Below are positions 1 to 6,610 of a DNA stretch of 6,610 nt, piece after piece. The number at the start of each line of letters is the position of its first letter. Within the stretch, counting starts at the first letter, position 1. The position numbers and the translations under genes are program-made. Location: contig NW_021829280.1 in NCBI RefSeq assembly GCF_006345805.1, positions 1-6,610 on the forward strand, read 5' to 3'. This stretch comes from Octopus sinensis. Taxonomy: Eukaryota. The notes below the pieces were generated by a model. It searched no databases. It was not told where the DNA came from and worked only from the letters and a program-made list of their open reading frames with translations.

Positions 1-183
1 CAAAAGTGCTTAGCAACATTTCGTCTGTCTACACATTCTGAGTTTATATTCTGCCGAGATCGACTTTAATTTTCATCTTTTCAGGATTGAAAAAAAAAGC
101 ACCACTCAAATACTGGGCTCGATGTATTTGACTAACCCCTCCTCCCTAAAACTCCAGGCTTTGTGCTAACATTAAAAAGGATT
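1..183 (+). mobile_element. 5'-truncated (window edge), decayed copy of a SINE-like interspersed repeat (family A)
   Basis: Seen: GC-richer segment with a degenerate B-box-like motif (ttctgagtttatattctgcc, ~36-55). AAAAGCACCACTCAAATACTGGG (~95-117) recurs as AAAAGCACAACAAATATCAGGG at 6219-6240. Recalled, not searched: resembles a common octopus SINE (...gttctgagttcaaattccgccgaggtcgactttgcctttcatcc...). Confidence 0.75.
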
Positions 184-452
184 AATCTATATAAATTATG
201 AAATTATAACATATATGAATAAATTTTGAATTGATTTCAAATTTTGGAAAGCTTATAAATTTCTAAAAGGATTTTAAATAAGGTAATATAAAATTTATAA
301 TGTTCATATATATGCTCATAAAACTAAATTTATACACTTGAGACTTACATATATAACATATCAAAATACCCCAATATATCTATATGCATTTGTGAAAATG
401 CAAGATGTATATAATGTATAAAAAAATATGTCAAATATAGATATAACTATAA

Positions 453-468
453 ATATATATATATATAT
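453..468. repeat. (AT)8 microsatellite
   Basis: Direct reading of the sequence. Confidence 0.9.
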
Positions 469-470
469 TA

Positions 471-520
471 TCATTGTTTCACGTCCTCTCTTCATGCTGG
501 CATGAGTTGGATGTTTTGAT
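471..520 (-). mobile_element. Short decayed 3' end of the (ATG)n-tailed retroposon (same family as 1820-1985)
   Basis: 471-513 aligns without gaps to 1840-1882 at 34/43 identity (tcattgtttcacgtcctctcttcatgctggcatgagttggatg vs tcatcgtttaacgtccgctttccatgctagcatggggtggacg). Confidence 0.85.
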
Positions 521-532
521 AGAAGTCGGCAA

Positions 533-758
533 GTGAGATTTGGTAGACGGAAACTGAAAGAAGCTTGTTGTATATATGTATATATTTGTGTGTCTGTATT
601 TGTCCCCCACCATCGTAAATTAGCAGTTCAGCAAAAGATACCGATAGAATAAGTACTAGGCTTGCAAAGAATAAGTCCTGGGATTGATTTTTATAACTGA
701 AAGCAATGCTCTAGCATGGCCTCCATCAAATGACTGGAACAAGTAAAAGATTGAAAGA

Positions 759-760
<2 letters not shown>
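533..760 (+). mobile_element. 5'-truncated copy of tRNA-derived SINE (family B) with an internal 34-bp deletion
   Basis: Colinear with 2541-2810. Shared blocks: tttggtaga(c/t)ggaaactgaaagaagc, an internal AT/GT microsatellite, tttgtcc..ccaccat, actagg, tgctc(t/c)agcatggc and tcaaatgactg(g/a)aacaa(g/a)taaaaga. Confidence 0.92.

Positions 761-786
<26 letters not shown>
759..786. repeat. (AT)14 microsatellite at the SINE 3' end
   Basis: Direct reading. Confidence 0.95.
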
Positions 787-789
<3 letters not shown>

Positions 790-837
790 CGTGACCGACC
801 AGGCCATCAGATGTTACACATCGCTGGTCACAATGCA
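787..837 (-). mobile_element. GC-rich hairpin-forming fragment, probable 3' terminus of a third retroposon family
   Basis: Seen: an abrupt GC-rich island with nested inverted repeats, GTGACC(791-796)/GGTCAC(826-831), GACCAG(797-802)/CTGGTC(824-829) and GATGT(810-814)/ACATC(818-822), abutting (AT)14. Repeat identity and strand are recalled from octopus repeats and inferred. Confidence 0.55.
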
Positions 838-859
838 GATATAGTATGATTTTATAATA

Positions 860-1190
860 CAAATACAGGTCTACATATACATGTATTTACAATATATTAT
901 ATATATATGAACTCATTGCATACATTTGAATATATATATATATATAAACATATATGTATATATAAATTTATATGTATTTAGATATAATTATATATAGGCA
1001 TGTATGTTTATAAATATATGCAAAAATGCAAAGCCACATATTATATATATATATCGTATATACAAAACACACACAAACATATGCGTATATATGGAAGCAT
1101 GTATACCGAAAGACAATTGTGCAGTTTACGTGTGTGTATGCGTGTGTGTGTGTGTATCTGTGTGTGTGTGTGTGTGTGTGCGTGCATGTA
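860..1190. repeat. Compound TA/CA/TG microsatellite region including perfect (TG)11 at 1159-1180
   Basis: Direct reading. Confidence 0.9.
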
Positions 1191-1375
1191 TTAAACAGAG
1201 AATGACGGCAAAGTGAGAAACAATTATTTGATGTCAGATATGTGTTTTTTGTGCCAAGCGAATGAATCAGATTTTTTTAACACTAGAAAGAGAGAGACGA
1301 TGAAAAAACTTCACTAAATATGCAAAGACTAATGCTGACACTACCATATGTATTTAAACCTGAACATGAATGAGG

Positions 1376-1393
1376 ATATATACACATATATAC

Positions 1394-1435
<42 letters not shown>

Positions 1436-1657
1436 CAATGCATGACACTCTTGGCATATCTATATATGTGTGTGAGTGTAAATGTTATATACACACATAT
1501 ACGGATGTGTAATATGTATTATATTCTATATATAATATATAATATATATATATAATATATATATATATTATATATGTGTGTGTGTGTATATATTATATAT
1601 ATACTGTTATTGTAACTTAAACTAGTTTTACTATGAGTAAGTTCTGTATATATATAT
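1376..1657. repeat. Compound (TA)n/(TG)n low-complexity tract
   Basis: Direct reading. Confidence 0.9.
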
Positions 1658-1675
1658 TTTTTTTTTCACAACTGC

Positions 1676-1715
1676 TTTCAGAATTTGCCCAAGGCTATGC
1701 TGGAGCACTGCCTTT
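1676..1715 (-). mobile_element. Inverted fragment of the SINE family B 3' region
   Basis: The reverse complement of 1694-1715 (aaaggcagtgctccagcatagc) matches 2757-2778 (aaaggcggtgctccagcatggc) at 20/22. Weaker similarity extends to caaat..ctgaaa. Confidence 0.8.
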
Positions 1716-1755
1716 TTATATCAACTTAATTTAATTCTGCTCATATAGATGATGG

Positions 1756-1780
1756 ATATATATGTGTGTGTGTGTATATG

Positions 1781-1819
<39 letters not shown>
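1756..1819. repeat. (TG)n/(TA)n microsatellite directly adjoining the (CAT)8 tail
   Basis: Direct reading. Confidence 0.95.
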
Positions 1820-1821
<2 letters not shown>

Positions 1822-1985
1822 TCATCATCATCATCATCATCATCGTTTAACGTCCGCTTTCCATGCTAGCATGGGGTGGACGGTTCAACTGGGGTCTGCA
1901 AGCCCGAAGCTGCCCAGGCCAGTCAGATCTGGCAGTGTTTCTACAGCTGGATGCCCTTCCTAACGCCAACCACTCCGAGAGTGTA
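1820..1985 (-). mobile_element. 5'-truncated retroposon 3' end with (ATG)8 tail, likely RTE-clade LINE or RTE-mobilised SINE
   Basis: Seen: (CAT)8 at 1820-1843 followed by a GC-rich 140-bp body; a second decayed copy lies at 471-513. Established: RTE-clade LINEs and their partner SINEs end in short tandem-repeat tails. Clade assignment is inference; no reverse-transcriptase ORF is present. Confidence 0.8.
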
Positions 1986-2168
1986 TAAATATATATATAT
2001 ATATATGCATATATATATACATACATACATATATACACACACACACACATATATAAAGGTAATAATGTGTTCATGGAGTCCTATGTGTATTAGTGTGAGT
2101 GTATGCATATATGCATGTATGTATATATATATATATGTATATAAATATATACATACACACACACACAC
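1985..2168. repeat. Compound TA/CA/TG microsatellite
   Basis: Direct reading. Confidence 0.9.
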
Positions 2169-2256
2169 TTGAGTTAATATCTTAGTGTTGCCAATATAGC
2201 GATATAATTTTGGTCACTTACTCATTTAGTTCCAATATTTTAAAGGACAGCACATT

Positions 2257-2413
2257 ATACATATATATGTATGTATATATATATACATATGTATATATAT
2301 ATATGTACATATATAAATATATATATATATACATTTATATGTACATATTGATATATGTTCATGCATATATAAATATATATGCATTATGTGTGTGTATATA
2401 TATATATATATAT
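2257..2413. repeat. Degenerate (TA)n tract
   Basis: Direct reading. Confidence 0.9.
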
Positions 2414-2423
2414 GCATTTATGT

Positions 2424-2810
2424 AGGCATGGCTGTGTGGTAAGTATCTTTCTTCCAAACCACATGGGTCTGGGTTCAATCCCACTGCATGGCACCTTGGG
2501 CAAGTGTCTTCTATTATAACCTTGAGCCGACCAAAGCCTTGTGAGTGGTTTTGGTAGATGGAAACTGAAAGAAGCCTGTCGTGTGTGTGTATATATATAT
2601 ATATATGTATGTATGTATATGTTTGTCCTCCCACCATTGCTTCACAACCAATGTTGGTGTGTTTACATCCTTATAACTTATTGGTTTGAGAAGAGAGACT
2701 GATAAAATAAAAACTAGGGTTACAACGAACAAGGCCTGGAATTAATTTCTTCAACTAAAGGCGGTGCTCCAGCATGGCTGCAGTCAAATGACTGAAACAA
2801 ATAAAAGATA
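2424..2810 (+). mobile_element. Near-full-length tRNA-derived SINE (family B) with internal microsatellite and A-rich tail
   Basis: Pol III A box TGGCTGTGTGG (2429-2439) and B box GGTTCAATCCC (2472-2482) at tRNA-like spacing; internal (GT)/(AT) tract ~2581-2620; 3' end ...aaacaaataaaagataaaa; homologous partial copies at 533-760 and 1676-1715. Confidence 0.93.
2429..2482 (+). promoter_or_regulatory. RNA polymerase III type 2 internal promoter (A box 2429-2439, B box 2472-2482) of the SINE
   Basis: The A box matches TGGCNNAGTGG with one mismatch; the B box matches GGTTCRANNCC. Activity cannot be judged from sequence. Confidence 0.75.
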
Positions 2811-2877
2811 AAATATAGAAATTGTTCCCTTTAAATTTTATTCTTTCCAAGTCACTTTTTACATAAGCACACAGAAA

Positions 2878-2883
<6 letters not shown>

Positions 2884-2923
<40 letters not shown>

Positions 2924-2930
2924 CATATTA

Positions 2931-2974
<44 letters not shown>

Positions 2975-3345
2975 TATTACATATATATACATATATGTAA
3001 TATATACTTCACATATATATATATGTATATACATATACATTCAGATATATATAATAAACATGTAACATATATAATAAATATACATACTGTATATAAAATA
3101 TTTATGATGTATTGTGCATATATGTGCATGTATTTGTACATATGAACATATAAAAATTTATCATATACATGCATATATGTGCATGTATACATATATTGCA
3201 CATAGATATACAAATATTTGCATGATTATACACATATATATTTCTATGCATGTGTGTGTATGTATGTGTGTATATATATATATATTATACACACACACAT
3301 ATATATATATGTATGTATGTATGTATATATATATATATATATATA
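2884..3345. repeat. Large compound (TA)n-based low-complexity tract; perfect (TA)18 at 2884-2919
   Basis: Direct reading. Confidence 0.95.
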
Positions 3346-3722
3346 CGAACTCAGACCCAGAAAATGCTTTCAAATATAGTGTAAAATTATTGTTAAAATA
3401 ATGAATGGATTTTGATATTATTAATACTTATATATGGATCATTTGCTACATCTAAAGTGAACCTGTACACGATTTTTATTAACGCATACACACATATATA
3501 TATTCACCAGTTTAGAAAGTATACTTATATTCGTGTGCATGTATATATATATATATAGATATAGATAAGGATATACATAATCATGTATGTATCTATAAAA
3601 TATTATCCCTACTAAATAGTCTATGACACGATAATCTAATTGAGTATAATTACTTCCCGGTGTATCAGTTCACTTAAATCCCATGTAATTAATTCTAATC
3701 TTGTATTCATACACTGTATTAC

Positions 3723-3772
3723 CTGAGGAATTTACTGAACAAATTTGGCACTTCTTCAAATTGTACACATTC
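3723..3772 (-). CDS. Candidate 50-nt internal exon (ECVQFEEVPNLFSKFL in phase 0); unverified
   Basis: Minus strand reads aacttcAG|GAATGT...TTCCTCAG|GTAATA. The donor is good, the polypyrimidine tract is short and two frames are open. No protein family recognised. Confidence 0.2.
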
Positions 3773-4164
3773 CTGAAGTTATTTCATCTTCGTTTCATGG
3801 ACAGACTTCCATTGAACAATTTTTCTGTGTATTAAATGCACACTGAATATGTTATTTCATCTTGATATTACAAGTGCCAAACAAATTTGTACAGCGTTTT
3901 TATTCATTGTTCAGATATATATCTGAGAGAATGTGTATATGTTTGCGTGAATTCAATTATAATCCATACACACACACATGCACAAATCTACATTCACATA
4001 CATAAGCACACAAACATGTTTGTACATTTAATAAAAGTGTGTATAAATTTATTATGTGTGCTATGAATATAATTTTTTATGCCATCAAATTCATTTATTT
4101 CAATTTGAAAAAATATATTCATTTCAAAATGTTAAACTTTTAGTTTATAATTTAATAAACATGG

Positions 4165-4303
4165 TATATATATATATGTGCATATATACATATATGTGCA
4201 TATATATATATATATGTATTATATATGTCATATATATATATATGTATATATATGTATATATATATGTATATATATATATGTATATTATATGTGTGTATAT
4301 ATA

Positions 4304-4368
<65 letters not shown>

Positions 4369-4390
4369 CATATATATATATGTGTATATA

Positions 4391-4438
<48 letters not shown>
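4165..4438. repeat. ~270-bp nearly uninterrupted alternating purine-pyrimidine (TA/TG/CA) tract; perfect (TA)21 at 4397-4438
   Basis: Direct reading. Confidence 0.97.
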
Positions 4439-4443
<5 letters not shown>

Positions 4444-5106
4444 TATGTTTATTTCACTGAAAATATATACTCCATGTTTTACATTTGTAACAATTAATTG
4501 GTGTGAAGACTTCTCGTTAAATTACATGCTTGCAAAGATCTTATCTATATACACAAACACACATGTATGCATATGTATAACAATTTATATAAACATATAT
4601 ACATATGTGTAGGTTATCCATATGATAATATATTTTTAATCCATACATGATATTTAACCGGATATATACATAACAAACTTTAACTATAACAATGCCTATG
4701 TGTATACATGTATGTATAGGCATGTATGACATAGTGTTTTTAATTTACTTTCATTTCACAAGTTTTCTATGTATTTAAGATACACTGATATTCTTATCTG
4801 ATATGTTACATTGATCTTTAGCAGGTAAAAAAAAACAAAAACAAATTCACATTGAAAATATTTAATAATAATAATGTATATGGCTTTGTGTGTGTGTATA
4901 AAGATATATATGCATAATATTTGTTTGTAAACATATATGTGAGTATCTATCTATCAACCAGTATATTTATATATTTATCTCTATGCATAATCCAGTTTTA
5001 CATGTTGTATTCAAGTTTAATCATAAATAAATACAATTATATATCAACGTTCTGAGATCTGAACATATTTCTATATAAATTACTCTTATATCTGCATATA
5101 TTTTAC

Positions 5107-5240
5107 ACACATAAACACACATGGGCTTATATATATATATATATATGTATACACACACATGTATAAGTAGTTATTATAATACCAGGTTATTAGTATCACT
5201 ATGCTTATGCAAAATCCTCATACACACACACACACATACA
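5107..5240. repeat. CA/TA microsatellite patches
   Basis: Direct reading; interrupted by unique sequence at about 5165-5220. Confidence 0.75.
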
Positions 5241-5469
5241 GACTGGCAGTGTCAAATTGTATGTCCCTTTCTATAAATTTCTCTTGATACGAAAAGCTAT
5301 TTGTAGTAAATTTATTAAAACTAAAAAAATTTTTATGTCCTGAATATTATGTGCGGCAGCCTGTCTTTTCATATGAATTTGGATTATCATAACCTTGTAC
5401 ATCTGTTTACATTACCAACTTTATTTAAAATTTTTGCATTATAATCAACAAATAATTCTTTAAAGCTGA

Positions 5470-5550
5470 TGTGTGAATGTGTGCTTATATACATGAATGT
5501 ATATATGTATGTGAATGTGTGTATATATGTATATATATGTATGTGTGTGT
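5470..5550. repeat. Degenerate (TG)/(TA) microsatellite
   Basis: Direct reading. Confidence 0.85.
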
Positions 5551-6120
5551 GAGTAAAGGATTTTAAAACTGAAAATGTTTCAATATATTTTTCATTTCCT
5601 CTCTTTTAAAATTTTATTTTTCTTTGAAATTGTATTTTTCGTATTTTATTGTTGAATTTTATTACGGGTTATCATTTTACTCTATTAATTCATAATTAAT
5701 AATCTGTTAATGACAGAAAGAAACAAAATATAATTATAAACAATTATAAATAAGATTATCTTCGAAATACTAAATTAGAAATTGCACACACGCCTTCTAA
5801 AATGCATGCACATACTTCTACATTAGATGATACAACTAAACAGGTTGCTGTTTTTAGTGTTGTTTCGCCAATTAAAACCGTGATTGAACAGAAATGTAGT
5901 CAAAGGAATTCCAGCCATAAACATCTTGTGCTTCTATATTTTTCTTATACTGGTAGGCTGCAATTTGAGGGATATTTGGCTGTTTTGAATATTGTCCTTG
6001 GCCAGTCTAAACCCTCTGTAATGGCTATTTCCTTGATTTCTGTAGCTAAATAATTGATAGCTAGCAATTTGACTTTGTGCGATGAATGATTCAGTAGGAT
6101 ATCTCACTAAATAATTTAAA

Positions 6121-6250
6121 GTATTTAGTTTTATTCTTCTTAGAATGTTCCAAGTTCAAATCCTACTCAGGAATGTCTGTGCCTTTACAACTCCATGGGT
6201 GTCTATAAAATATAATATAAAAGCACAACAAATATCAGGGTTCAGTTAGG
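6121..6250 (+). mobile_element. Old, heavily decayed copy of SINE-like family A
   Basis: B-box-like AGTTCAAATCC (6153-6163), gccttt, and AAAAGCACAACAAATATCAGGG (6219-6240) parallel the order of motifs at 36-117. An A-rich stretch at 6264-6295 may be its tail. Confidence 0.6.
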
Positions 6251-6610
6251 TTTTAGCTCACTGAAAAATAAAAAAAAAATAGAGAAAAGTAAAGAAATGA
6301 TGAATGGTGTAGTCAAAATAAATCAAAATTTAAAGCAAAATATTCTGATCTAAGGAATTATACGTACAAAATATCTTTATCAAGTAAAATCATGTTAATC
6401 TCTTAAAACTAAAGTTTATATAATTCTTCAGTCAAGATATTATTTTCCAGGCTATTTATTACAACCTGATTTCTTGAAATAATTTAGAAACTGTAAACAA
6501 AACAAGAAAATCTACAGAACTCTACAATGAACATGATGTGTTTTCTCTCCGTAAATTTATAAATGTGTTTAAAAAAAGTTTAAAGAAAAATTGTTTAAAA
6601 ATCATAGTTG

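Noticed and set aside
1766-1963. ORF with a His8 run that looks like a His-tag or metal-binding motif
   Set aside because: The histidines are the (CAT)8 retroposon tail read on the plus strand.
2000-2135. Apparent long fold-back between a CA-rich and a TG-rich tract
   Set aside because: Complementarity between dinucleotide repeats is expected by default and is not evidence of a selected structure.
1633-2225. Inverted 10-mer ATGAGTAAGT (1633-1642) / ACTTACTCAT (2216-2225), each containing a consensus donor
   Set aside because: There is no convincing upstream acceptor for either, and a single 10-mer match in AT-rich DNA is compatible with chance.
2424-2500. Possible tRNA gene
   Set aside because: A and B boxes are present, but I cannot build a full cloverleaf or acceptor stem, and the sequence continues into a SINE body with other copies in the window.
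4692-4723. 32-nt hairpin ATGCCTAT...ATAGGCAT
   Set aside because: Too short for a pre-miRNA, and the inner pairing comes from low-complexity TG/TA sequence.
656-4732. The supplied ORFs rich in YI/CV/HT repeats (e.g. 4056-4439, 4178-4612, 1876-2172, 3114-3401)
   Set aside because: They are translations of (TA)n/(TG)n/(CA)n tracts, which lack stop codons, or they run across SINEs. No domain-like content.
4780-4830. Plus-strand AG...CAG|GTAAAA 45-nt exon candidate
   Set aside because: Stop codons occur in all three frames. A 3-nt micro-exon reading is unsupported.
5802-6053. 83-aa ORF as a stand-alone single-exon gene
   Set aside because: No recognisable homology and no supporting context. 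Kept only as a candidate exon region in the findings.
6261-6300. Very strong-looking minus-strand acceptor (long pyrimidine tract plus CAG at 6261-6263)
   Set aside because: All three frames stop within about 20 nt with no donor, and the tract is as easily explained as the A-rich tail of the decayed SINE A copy.
1-6610. CRISPR array, prokaryotic operon, or a novel multi-gene system
   Set aside because: There are no regularly spaced repeat-spacer units and no long ORFs. Everything visible fits eukaryotic repeat-rich non-coding DNA.

Overview
Very AT-rich, non-coding-looking eukaryotic DNA. G+C is roughly a quarter (estimated by eye, not counted). A large share of the window is compound (TA)n/(TG)n/(CA)n microsatellite, interleaved with short retroposon copies. 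These are: a near-full-length tRNA-derived SINE with Pol III A and B boxes (2424-2810); a 5'-truncated second copy (533-760); a short inverted fragment of the same SINE (1676-1715); two decayed copies of a second SINE-like family (1-183, ~6121-6250); two minus-strand (ATG)n-tailed retroposon 3' ends (1820-1985, 471-520); and a small hairpin-containing repeat fragment (787-837). From memory these repeats resemble abundant Octopus (cephalopod) interspersed repeats; this assignment is recall, not a database result. Almost all ORFs in the supplied track are Tyr/Ile/Cys/Val runs translated from microsatellite and are not genes. Short unique islands contain splice-site-like motifs, so the window may be intronic with small minus-strand exons, but that is low confidence. 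I see no prokaryotic genes, RNA genes or CRISPR array, and nothing that supports a new biological system. The findings are modest observations on repeat biology and possible cryptic exons.
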